Below are positions 35,401 through 46,100 of a DNA stretch of 64,000 nt, in pieces. Under the pieces are notes generated by a model. That model did not search any database, had not been told where the DNA came from, and worked only from the letters and a program-made list of their open reading frames with translations. Numbering within the stretch: the stretch's first letter is position 1; each line of letters starts with the position of its first letter. The stretch comes from Eutreptiella sp. 'Long Island Sound 2002'. Taxonomy: Eukaryota > Protista > Euglenida. Position numbers and translations under genes: made by a program. The stretch spans positions 170,810,001 to 170,874,000 of the forward strand of contig OZ038378.1 of the NCBI GenBank assembly GCA_964036045.1. The letters run 5' to 3'.

Positions 35401-38400
35401 GGGTCTCCACCCCATATTCTGGGCTTGCATACCTCCTGCGCATGGACACAAACACATATGCATGAGCAGGGCAGTCAGTGGGGCCAAAACATTCTTCGAT
35501 GATGTGATGCTCGAACCTCAAGGAAACGTCAGTTGACCAGCTCCAGGGCGGTCCTTAACGGGGAAAAAAAGTGTTCCCATACACAGTTTCCCAAAAAAAA
35601 CCCGCAGGCACACCATGTGTTGGCGGTGGGCGGTTGGCGGTTGGCGGTTGGTGGTTGGCGACTGGCGGTTGGTGGCGGCTGGTGGTTAGGGATTGGTGGT
35701 TGATGGCGGTTGGTCGCCACTGGCGGTTGGCGGTTGGCGGTTGGTGGCAGTTGGCGGTTGGTGGTGGCTGGTGGTTGGCGGTTGATGGTCCCCTGGGGCG
35801 GTTCTTTAAAAAAAAATCTAGTCCCTTAAGGACCCCCCCTGACCAGGTCAATTGCTGGGTGCCCGGCAAGCAGGATTGGCTGATTGCTGGACGCCATCAA
35901 TCAACAAACAACACCGCCCACGAAAAACCAATAACCAGCATCAGATATCTGCCAACCGCACGTGATCCAATGCCAATCTGTGGCTGTCTTTGACAGGGGG
36001 GGGGGGGGGATTCTTTAAGATCTCCCATGCACGGATGGCAGATGATGAGTGCTGGGGCTGGGCTTCCAACATGGCTCTGAAGCAGTGGCTCTGGCCTTGC
36101 AGCAACCACAGGGTCCAAAGATAAGCGTGAGCGCCACTGTTTTCAGAGTGTGGGCCTCGGAGTTCCATTCTGCCTCACACCTTGGGCCTCGGCAGGCCCT
36201 AAACCAATCTTGGTATGACCTGGTACTCCACATCAGACTGAAACACATATTCCACAACACTGACGTTGCGGAAAGCTGCCCCGCACAATTTGCTCCCTGT
36301 AAGGCCTCTGGACATGGCTAGGGTTGTATGCCCCAATTTCCCAACCCAAAGCGGCTTCTGCAAACCGACTCGAGGACAGTATTGGCTGACCTGGCAGAGC
36401 TGGGGCTGGACTGTAGGAGGTGGGTGTTGGGTGTGGGACACGGGTTTGCATGTTGGGTGGGTGAGCCATTAAGGTGTAGGAGGTCTGCCAGTTGGAAGAA
36501 ATGGGCGTCACAGGTGCCGGAGAGTCCTTTTTGCACTCTGTTCCTCCTTCCCTGCCTCCCTTGATGCACAAATGTGCAGGCGACAATGTCCAGCGGCCGC
36601 GTGTGCCCTCAACCACAAATACCACCGCTGTTTGAGCCATGAGTAATCTGTGCGTTGATGAGTATTTGGTCAGCGGTCAATTGAGGTTCTTTGGGGCGGG
36701 GGGGCTGTCCAGGGGTTCCTCCCCAAACGGAAAGTACTTCCGGCCTAATGCCTCCCAAGCTTCCGACTACTATGGAGAGAGCGGTTGCTCACAGGGATCA
36801 GACGGTTGCATCCCATACACCCACACCACACAACTTCCCACACGGCACCCCATGTGGGTGCAGAAGCAGCTCAGGGCCTGGGCCCGCCACCGCAGTGTTC
36901 ACCACCCGCATCCCCCCTCACACCACCATTGGAAACACCACTAGCCTTGCCCCTCTGACGCCTTGTCTAAGCTTCTCCACGGCTTTTTCGAAACCCGATC
37001 CTTGCGTTGCTTGGCCAATGGCTGAAACCCCTACACAGAGGGCGTTTACGCCTGCAGACCCTGTTATGCATCACACCCCACGTCGCACGTGCGATTTTCC
37101 CCATCCCGCGTCCCACGTCCCGTACGCCACATCTGAACGAGCCATACCATAAAGGCCTGCCTGCCCCATTGCCATCCCCACCGCGTGCATGGGGCGCGGC
37201 ATGACTTGTGCAGGGGCCGCAGGTTGCACCATCTGCATCTGCATCATGGGCGCTGGCTCCGGCGCCCTGACCGGCAGTTGTGCTTGGCTGTAGCCTTGGT
37301 TGTACTGGATATTGGTCTCCGGTGTGCCTGAGGAGAGGTACGTTGCAGTGTGCCCTGGACCACAAGAGCTGGGGCTGCATGCGACACTGACACCGGCTGT
37401 GCGCAAAAAAGGGGGTCAGTCCCGAGAAACGCCTGGTCAGGAAGTCTGACGTTGTTGGGGGTTATTGGCGTACAGCCCATACCCCAGAAGCAGGGCTGCG
37501 CTTGAAATGGTGGGGGGGTGCTGTCGAGGCTGAGTACACATGCCGGTTGGCACTTCCGGGTGTACGCAATGGTTTGAGTTGTTGGGTGGAAACCGTCCAC
37601 CTTGTTTGCGGCGGGGTCCAGGTTTATGATTTTGGGGGGGGGGGGTTGTCTGACGGTTGAGCCTAACTGGTATGCACACTGGGAGAGGGCAATTGTTTTA
37701 TGAATTGATGTCTCGGAAGGACAGGCATCTTGTTTCTTGTCCAAATTGATGGGGTGGGCAGTGAGGGCAAGCAGCGGGCTGGGGCTGATTAGAGCTACGC
37801 ACACCTGACAATCAGGCAGGAGGTGGTGGGGCGGAGGTAACTGCGCCAAGGGAGTCTGCAGAAAACAATTTTGCAATTTTGAAATTGCCCCCCCCCTAGG
37901 GGTGGATATAGTGGGGGGGGGGGGGTAGTCCCCCCCCCCAGCCCCCCCCCTCCCCCCCGATGACGATTACGATTACGATTTACCTGTTTGACTGACCGAG
38001 CAATTTTGCCAGCAGTTTTACAAGAGGACTGATGGCCCAAAAAGGCACCAAAGCAGGTGATACCCTGGATTTCATCCCAGGACAATCAATCTATGAGCCT
38101 GTGCATATACCGTTGCACTACTGAGCCAACCTGCCAGCCTGAACACAAGACAATACATTGCACAGCGGTTGGTATGTCCCATGAAGACAGTCCACACAGT
38201 GCAATCATTTCTTGACACATTTTGCCAAAATGGCTTGCAATTCCGAATCATCTTTGCCTGAACTGCCTGAGCTAATTGTAATCGTAATCGTCATTCCGTC
38301 ATCACTGCCTCCTGGCTCAACAGCCCCCCCCCCCCCCCCCACCCCCACCTTGGTAATGTTGTCACTATTATATCCACCCCTGCCCCCCCCCCCCCCCCCC

Positions 38401-39837
38401 CCCACAGTTTTCTCCACCCAGGGGTGCCGGGTGCCCCTGCCCCCCCGGGAGGAGGAATCAAATACTGCACAAATTACGACGATGTTATAGGTCAAGCACA
38501 GGTTACGGCTGTGGGCTAGGGCCGGGGGGGGGGGGGGGGGCAATGGCCCTCCAACAATTCCCACCAGACATTGCCTCACAAGCGCTTTTCCAACCTTTCT
38601 TCAGGAGGGTGGATGGGGGCAGTTTGAGGCTGTTCTCAAACTGCAGATCAACACGTCGTTGCTTCCTCTCTGGCCATTTCCGTCCACATTGTTGACTTGG
38701 GGCATAAAGATGCCGTGCGGGCAAGCGAGCGGACGACAGTGTCTCTGTGGCGGTCTGTAAGCTCCCTGTCGGTCTGCCGACCAGTGTAGCCCCAGCTTAC
38801 CCGAGACCAGGGTACCAGGGGGGGGGGGGGGGCTTTTCGTCTGGGGACAATTTCGTGAGGGGAAAATTTCAACACACCTCCAATTTTGGTGCGGGGCCAT
38901 CATACACGAGAAACGTCAACACCCCCCCACCGTTGGTTCCTTGGGGACAAGTAGCTGTTTGAAAGTTTGGTAGGCCCAAATTTTGAACAATACCAACTCA
39001 TCAGAGATAAAACACGGAGCAAGGCCCAGGTTGGCTCTCCATACTGAAGGAGGCACTAGCTCCACTGAGGATGCCAACGAGCAGGAAGTGCCCCAAATTG
39101 CGCAAAAAAATTTCGACACCAAACTGAAAAACCAAATTTTCCCCACGAAACTGTCCCCTTTCGACCCACCCCCCGTATATTTCCATAACTCTGTCCCTAT
39201 GCTATCCCCATGCCCCCATGCCCCTTATCCCCATACCCGCATGTCCTTGAGACACTAAGCCCCGAGGCCCCCATGGTCCTGGTCTCCCTGTTCCTGCGCC
39301 CCCTTGGGCACATACGTTCGCGATTCTCAGCACTTTGGTACGGGGCGGATGCGCCCGGGTACGGGATGGAACTGCTCTGCCACTGTTGTGCGTTGGCACG
39401 CTCCTGCGCATCGTTCCACTCCTGGGCATCCTCCTGGTCACTATACTCGGACATCGAACTGTAGGACCTGCGGGTGAGAAGAAGGGATGGCAACCACGGC
39501 ACCAAAGTATGCATGGATGGGTGTACGTATGTGTGGATGGACGGATGGAGGGATGGACACAGCGCCTGTGGATCCATGACGGTCACGACACCAAGGGAGC
39601 CCGACCCCAACGACAAGCCTTGTCAAAAACCCTGAAAACATCGTACCTGGACCCAGACAGGGATCGAGAGGGCGACTGAGACGGTGAAACGGAACTCCGT
39701 TGAGAGACGGAGGTGGACAGCGGCGACTGCGAGGCGGAGATTTCGGAGCGCATCGACTGGTCCGAGCTTGCAGAGCGTGCGGAGAACGGCGTGGCGTTGG
39801 AGGATGAAGCCTCGTCAGCGGCATCATCGAACACGCC
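14485..39837 (-). CDS. Gene 2, 3' half: low-complexity putative RNA-binding protein (S-rich, Q/H-rich, P/G/M-rich, then RDDFGKG repeats). Exons 39837-39647, 39467-39316, 37327-37148, 35435-35100, 32953-32792, 24279-24169, 19093-18886, 15700-14485
   Basis: Eight GT-AG-bounded exons whose splice phases chain without stops (2,1,1,1,1,1,2) to the TGA at 14485. Junctions read e.g. SGSR-SYSS, NLRDR-E-MMFL, LRPV-G-FPPP, EMQE-R-LGPD. Confidence 0.8.
14545..15390 (-). repeat. Coding tandem repeat: 21-bp unit (RDDFGKG) about 31 times, then 30-bp unit (xGPRDEFGKG) about 6-7 times
   Basis: Directly visible GCCAAAGTCATCCCGTCCTTT periodicity on the + strand; translation in ORF 14485-15744. Confidence 0.95.
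19464..19880. mobile_element. 417-bp MITE with ~28-bp TIR (C12TTGTCTAAGCTACGCC), TA TSD and an internal ~55-bp direct repeat
   Basis: The ends are exact reverse complements. GTACCAAATTAATACGGTCCCTACGCCTACTGTAGCTTGGACA..GGGCGTAGCTT is present at ~19495 and ~19808. Confidence 0.9.
20756..21517. mobile_element. GGG-ended TIR element, copy 1 (GGGAGTGCTTA...TAAGCACCCCC), ATT TSD
   Basis: 11-bp imperfect TIR, ATT on both flanks, homologous to 27681-28320; (GGGTAA)3 near the left end. Confidence 0.75.
24303..24660. mobile_element. 358-bp MITE with perfect 17-bp TIR TATTAGAAGAGAGGAGG
   Basis: 24303-24319 is the exact reverse complement of 24644-24660; internal CGACCCCCGGCAGGAAC tandem units. It sits just upstream of the 24279 acceptor of gene 2. 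Confidence 0.8.
24732..27091. repeat. Two tandem ~1.15-kb units separated and flanked by TTAGGG-type repeats; each unit has an inverted 13-mer near its ends
   Basis: Units ~24744-25852 and ~25907-27077 align end to end; telomere-like tracts lie at 24732-24743, 25853-25906 and 27078-27091. ACCGAGCTGGTGG starts and CCACCAGCTCGGT ends each unit (unit 1 start has one mismatch). Confidence 0.9.
27681..28320. mobile_element. GGG-ended TIR element, copy 2 (GGGAGCGCTTA...TAAGCACCCCC), TTT TSD
   Basis: Same termini as copy 1 with TTT on both flanks. The first ~305 nt differ from copy 1 at only about 8 positions by my count. Confidence 0.75.
28960..29480 (-). pseudogene. Possible decayed tyrosine recombinase of a DIRS/Ngaro-type retroelement
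   Basis: Fragments LAEQLSSTPA*GT...YAGAFEKVAQW (SAM-like N-terminus), RRRSCRVAGVT (HSxRxGxAT-like) and RGRRSHTGSMRT (GRWxS-like) occur in the expected order but are frameshifted. Confidence 0.3.
31566..32344. mobile_element. ~780-bp element with ~35-bp imperfect TIR (GTGGAAAATTGGCTTGCGCCC...GGGGTCACGG) and direct subterminal repeat TGTCCATTTCCCAAACCCCCC
   Basis: 31566-31600 is inverted relative to 32310-32344; the direct motif occurs at ~31602 and ~32266. Confidence 0.6.
32106..32177 (-). pseudogene. tRNA-derived sequence (Trp-CCA-like), probable SINE head or tRNA pseudogene
   Basis: A-box-like TAGCTTAGTTGGTAG, anticodon arm CTAGG-CTCCATT-CCCAG (one mismatch) and B-box-like GGGTTCAAACC. The acceptor stem does not pair well. 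Confidence 0.6.
33610..33730 (+). repeat. Compound GGAGT/GTGTT/GTGTG microsatellite
   Basis: Visible 5-6-bp tandem units. Confidence 0.8.
35620..35785 (+). repeat. (GGCGGTT)n degenerate heptamer array
   Basis: Visible tandem GGCGGTT/GGTGGTT; related short tracts at ~27530 and (reverse) ~54565-54600. Confidence 0.85.
37870..38480. repeat. Inverted pair of related repeat modules (AGGGGTGGATATA and ATGACGATTACGATTAC)
   Basis: Both motifs occur on + at ~37897-37980 and on - at ~38270-38385. Confidence 0.55.
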
Positions 39838-40389
39838 CTTTGTGATGCACAGAATGTGCCGGTGGGGCGTGCAGGCGTGGGTGGCACAAGCGACCCGCTG
39901 AAACACTTGGGACCATACGGATGCCACGTCCACAAAGCAAAAAGGCCTTTGTGTGGCCACCAGTCAAGAAGACTGGGCCAATATCACAGCAGGTTTGTAA
40001 GAGTGCCAAAGGGGTGGAGGGTATAAAGCTCTATGCAATTCCTTCTTCATAGTGCATCTTGTTCTGGGTTGGGGTATCTTCAACTCAAACTTGTCTTCAT
40101 CTTCAACTCCACGGCGTCTTGCTGATGAGGAACTCCGGATGTCATGATAAACCATCAAGTGCAATATTGCGTGCTACTGCACCCGTTTCCCACTTGGGCT
40201 CTGATGCAACCCATCAGTCAGTCCTCGTTAAAACTCCTGTAAGTACACCTCCCTGAGTCTCTACACTCGAATGGGTGGCCCTGCAGTCCCAGAGGACGTG
40301 CTGAACTCGCCGTTGCCGAATTCCGCGAGCGACAGTCGGACAGCCAGAAATCGGACACGGCCGTTGCGTCGGAGGCGTCAGGGTGGGCA

Positions 40390-40630
40390 GGGGGGGGGGG
40401 GGATTGCGGTCTGGGGGGGTCGAATCCAATTGCGAAAAATTGCGGGAAAATTGCGATACCGTAAGCAACAGGAGTACAAACGGCACTGAACGCAGCAAGT
40501 CGGAACGGTGGCTCCGGACCACATCAGTAGGCACATGGGATGGGCAAGTCAGAAAAACTGCGGGAAAATTGCAGAAAATTGCGATAAATTGCGGGAAACT
40601 GCGAAACTGCGGACCTCCATCCCCCCACCC
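40390..40630. repeat. AATTGCG-rich repeat element with G/C-tract ends
   Basis: Repeated AAATTGCG(G) motifs between a G-tract and a C-tract; the ends are only loosely inverted. Confidence 0.45.
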
Positions 40631-40927
40631 CCTTCGGTGTGGGAAGGACAGTGACGACGAAGAGCTTGCGATGCAGAGGCACGCCAGATGCCATGGACGG
40701 ACAGGGACCTGCTGCGGCAGTTGGAGGACAGACTTCGGAACATGGAGAGGCCCCTCGAGTCCCCAGCCCAGCAAGGTCCGAAGGGGCGTGTGGGGTCAAG
40801 AGCACATGGCCCCTGAGTCAATCCAATGCCACTGCACAAGAGTAGCCTACGCCCCCGCCAGGTCTCTTTTATGGCAAAAGAGTCCCTCCCAAGAGAAACT
40901 TGGGAGAGCGACATGACCGGTAATCAC

Positions 40928-43900
40928 TTTGGAATCGCCTTCCTATTGATAGTTTGGGTTCCGACATTGAGCGCCTGAAAGCCCGGCAGGAATGTTCTGA
41001 GGTCCAGGTCTTTTGTTTGACCTGCTTCTGTTGACTGAGATTGACTGTGTCTATGGGGGGCGGGGGGAGGAAAAGTGAAGGTTTGTGGGTCCGAGCGGAA
41101 TGGCAATCCCACTGCCCACCACGGCGCCGTCTACGCCCGCGCTGCCCTTCAGCACAGATCCGAGCAATCCGTACCTCTTGCTCCAGCCGCTCCAGCTCCT
41201 GCCACTTCTCTTTCAGCTTCTCCTGCAGCCGCTGGCGCTCTGCATCTTTCTGGTCGGTGCTCCGGCTGCGTCGGCCGGGTGACCTGTCCCAGTCCCCACT
41301 GCTGTGCTTGACAAGCTTCCCGGCCATGCGCTCGTCACGTCCTGCCGATGGAATCAGGGACCGCAGCAATGCTCCTCGTGTAAACGGCATAAAATCCACC
41401 TTTTCAGTAACGGACACCAGACCGAAAACGTCGTTCCAGAGTCGGGCAGTTTGTGTTTTTGGTACCAAAAGGATAGCCCCAGGCCTTTACCCAACAAAGC
41501 ATCGTATGAACACTAGTGCACCAGTGTGCCATACGCGAACATGGAATGGAGAGGGAACAAACAAGGCGGAACTTGGTGCTACAGCACGGCGAGGGCACAC
41601 TCACGGGCGTGCTGGGATTCGGCCCCATTTCGTGCTAGGGCCTCCAAAATCTGACTCATTGTCCTCCATCTCTTCCGCATCCTACTCCTCCATGGATTCA
41701 ATCCACACTCCCCTGGTCCCCTCTATCTTGCTTGTTTGCCTCTGCTCCTCCCCCTCCCTTACGTCGGCCGACGGCACTGAGAGGTGGGTGTGCCGGGGGA
41801 AGTCAACCTTCAGATGCGAACAGGGGATACCGTCACTTTATGCGGTCACTCTACACCAGTGCTCTATACCGACACCCCTACCAATGCTGCACAGCGTCAC
41901 TCCATACCGTCACTGTACAGACCCCGATGTCGACAACTGCGGGAATTTGCCGGTGGATGTGGTGGAGAGAATTCTACTGGCAGAGCTGCATATCTCCACA
42001 TTTGTGCATTTCCCCCCGTTTTCATTACCCATGACCTCCAAGCGTTTGGATTTTTGTGGATTAACCCACCGAAACGCCGGAACTGGGCTCCCAGGCATGG
42101 GCCGTCTGGGATCCCCAGACAAAAAACTTGCAACAATGGCGGCAGTGCCAAAGAAGGATGGGCCTCCTTGTAGTGCACGTCCATGGCTACACACCCCCTG
42201 CCGTCTTGGGGTCCCCTCGTTGGGGAAGGGGTGGCCCAAAGGTCTCGGCCAAATGGCACTATCCTGGGCCCACAGCCCCCCTCCCCCCGGGGGGACCCTT
42301 GGGTTGGCTGAGCCGGGCTTCCTGTGAGGCAACCACCATCCCCCCCCCCCCCCCCACTGACCTCGACCAATAAGCAGGTCACACAGAGGACCTGGACCCA
42401 AGGTCCCAGCAACCGCTCACACATTCCTGGGTTTGCCCGCTGTTGCGCTGTTCCCCGCTTGCCTGGGTCCTCCCAAGTGCCCAGCTGACCCGCCCCTCGA
42501 CTGTGCGACACTCCATCCGCTCATTGGCTCACTTGGCCATGAACGTGGGATCATCATATTCGTTGGCCGGGGTTGCTCCTGTTGTTGTCGTGCTGCTCGT
42601 GCCTCTCTTGTTGCGTCGTTTGTCCTTCCCTGGCCACGGCATAAAGTGCTTCCATTGCCAGGAACAGTGGCATTCGCCGATGCATGAATGGCCAGGCACG
42701 CGACGTCATGCAAGCGCATGTGGTGAGCATACCATCCTCTTCCATTGCGTCATCTGCATTTTTGATGTGTTTGGTCTTCTTTTTCTTCTTCTTCTTCCCA
42801 CCGTCACCATCCTGCATCCGAATGCACGTGTGCTTTGACTTGGCGGGCAACAAAAACACAACACTATGGGAATGGGGTGGGGGATGGATGGACAACAAAT
42901 AATTACACCAACAGGGAGTTGGGAGGCGGGGGGGGGGGGGGCTGGACCATGATGGTGGAGGAGATTTGGCGGTTAGTACTTCCAGTTGGATGCACTTGGT
43001 TGTTTTTCGTGGAGGACTGCCTCCGGGCTGTGTGTGGCTGTGTGCGGAGAGGGGGGGGGGGGGCGGGGGGTATGGGAGGAGGGAGGATGGGGGGGACTGC
43101 CCCCGTGATGGCCCCACAGCGGTCAATACCCAGAAACCGCCCCCAATTTGCATTTCTAGCGAGCGCCCCCACTGAAACACAAGAAAGCCACCTCCCACCT
43201 TTAATGGATCATGACATGGGGAGGGATTCCACACATGCCCTAACCCAGGTGCAACTGACGACAGTTCTCCAGCCCCAGCCAACTCCGAAATGTTGGTTGG
43301 CGGTATGCTCCTGGGCACCCGACGGCTGCAGTGCGGAGGCACTGAAGCAATTCGTCGGCAAAATGCCAATAATCATGATCATTTGTTTCTGCAAATAGTC
43401 ACCCACCCTGCCTCCCTCCCTCACTGGACACTGCATCTCTGGCTTGGATGACGGTTGTCCGTGTTGGATATCCGTCCTTGACACTCCACCAATTTCCCCC
43501 CCTGGCCTACCCCGGCCGCTAGCTCGCTCCCTGCCTCCCAGCCTCCTCCCTGCGACCCCCACCACCTGCACCACAGGACATCTCTGCCTTCATACACCGT
43601 CGCCCTCGTATGCATCCATCGTGTCGTGAGGATCTGCCTGACCATTTCTTTGCACTTGTTTACCTCACAATTCACATGTCTGGCACCAGACTGTGAACAG
43701 GCGTAAATGCTTTGCCACCGCAGCCTCCTATCAGTAACCCTGGACCCCAAACATGCTGTCTTCTGTGGCTGGTGCTGCACTGGTGCACAGATCCGCAAAA
43801 ACGCCGCTTGCGTGTCATCCTTCCACACCCCTCTTTCCCACCCCCTGCGGCGCCCGTCATGGGCGGCGTTGTCTGCGCCATCCAGATCACATCTAAGAAT

Positions 43901-46064
43901 AGGTTGCAGAGGGGCGCGTGCTGTCATGTGTATGCAAATTGCAAGGCCCATACTGCATCCTCCTTCTTGCGCTTTTTCCCCTTCTTGCCCTTGGCCTTTT
44001 TGCCCTTGGTCTTTCCGTCGGTCTTCTGAGCAATGGACAAAGATGGCCATCTCTTGTGTACAGTGCATGCAGAATTACACGCAGAGGAATAGCACAACAG
44101 GTGGGGCGGTTCAGAACTGGCAACTCAAACATTGCATATGAAATGTATAAAAGCAAAAACAACACATAAATATGGCATATGAGCAGTGGGGGATTGCCGC
44201 TGCTTGCGCAAACACAGCAAGAAGGGTGACTGCCCTGACAATTGTTGGGATTGCAACCCAATGATATTGCCTTTGGCAATGCATCTTGAAGAGGGGTGGG
44301 GAGCACATAGGGACAAAGAACATTGAGGGGGATCCTTTTCTTGGACACAATCAGGATTTTACAAGGGGTTCAACCACTAATTCAACCCCTTGGGGCATGG
44401 TAGGTAGGTAGACAAAATAGGCCCAAAAAGAGAGGTATGTGGTGGTTTCCCATATATGCAGGCCTGCCTGACTTTTATGCAACAACCTCTGCAGAGTGAG
44501 TTTTCATTCATCAGCTGGGCAGGGTCCAAAACTGGTTTGGCAGGTTTGTACCAATCTTCAGGGAAGCTGCCACCCACCAACCCAAGCACCCAATGGCCAA
44601 CTGAGGTAAGAAACACACAAAGAAGACCTACAACATGCTGCAATACTTCTGATATTTGATCATTAAGTGTAGTCACATGAAGATCGGCGTGGGGAGTCTT
44701 ATTTTTGAGCTGTTTGGGACAAAAACTGCAGGACCAAATTGTGTACCATTCCCTTGGGGACCCCCCAACACAATTAGGTGGGCCGAACGGTTGCTATATG
44801 GCTCCCCATAGGCTGCACGCATGGGCTATATCCCTTTGGGTCATATGGGTTATATGCACCCCCTTTGTCACCAAATGATGACCCAAGCCTGGCCCAAGGG
44901 TCCCCAGGGTCGCCAGGGGTCGCCAGGGGTCACTAGAAAAAGTGATTTTTTCAGCCAACCCATGCCAGCTTGAAAGCCGGTTAGCCCTCATTGGTGGGCC
45001 CCCAAAGAGGGGCTGTTCTTGGGTATTGGAAGGTAGAACCCGGGACCCCGTCATTGGGTAAAGGGTCCAGAAAGAAGGAAAAGCTGAATGGGAACTGGGT
45101 CTGGATCGACGCATAGTGGATGCAATGGGACTAACCAAGTTTCAACCCCCACGCAAAAAAGCAGCATCCAGCTGGAAGAGGGGGGGGGGGGGAGAGGCTG
45201 AGGTCAAAATCGAAAAATTCATTGGGGGATATCTCGGAAAATGATGATCTAAAAGTGGTCAAACGGCCGTTTTCATACATTGGGGTGTGCTTCACAAATA
45301 CCCCAAAAAACAGGGTGAGAATGGCGTTCGCAGCTGCGCTTGACCTGACAACCTCTCTTTGAGATGATTTGTGTGTACCGCCTTGCCTGTGGCCCCTTAA
45401 ATAACATGACTCCTGCGGTGGCTATAGACCGCCTTTTGTGTGCACCGCCTTGTGTAGGCACCCGCGTTCTGCTACATCACCCCTGCATTCTCGGGGGTCC
45501 CCAACAAAGGGGACAAAATCAGAAGTCAAAACGTACCCTAGGGGTCACCATGATGCTCCTAGGACCCTTGCATTCTCGGTCCCCAATGGGTGAAGGTGGG
45601 TGAAAAAAAAAGGGTGCCTAACCTGGGGATGCTTGGGGGGTGGGGGGGGGGGGGGTGCGTCGGAACGGCCCGGCGGTTCGGCCGGCCGGACCGCCGGCCG
45701 GTTAGGTTCCGGCGGTCCCGCGGTTCCAGCGACACCGCCGCCGAGCCAAACCGCCGGATCCTAACCGGCCGAGCCGAACCGCCGCCGAGGGCACCGCCGG
45801 TTCATTCCGTCCAGCCCGCAGTGGCAGTTGTGCTGTTGGACATCGAATTAGGTCATGCATATACTTCTGCACTCATTGATGCACATTAGTGTTGTCCGTG
45901 TCAGTGACAGATAGCCAGACCCCCTCTCACCAGAAAATCTGACCCGCTCTTATGCCTATCCCTCTGGAGCTGGAGGAGACCAATGCACAGATGCGCCCTG
46001 GAGTCATGGGAGGACACGACAGTGCCACCTTCTTGTCCTTTTTCTTCTCCTTCTTGGTTTTGGG

Positions 46065-46100
<36 letters not shown>

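Noticed and set aside
41605-41712. Acidic reading GVWIESMEE*DAEEMEDNESDFG with an in-frame TAG, suggesting stop read-through or codon reassignment
   Set aside because: The same exon has a stop-free frame (ECGLNPWRSRMRKRWRTMSQILEALARN) that is phase-compatible with the next exon, so recoding is not needed.
41041-42327. 428-aa plus-strand ORF
   Set aside because: Antisense to gene 2 exons plus intronic low-complexity DNA; no coherent domain pattern.
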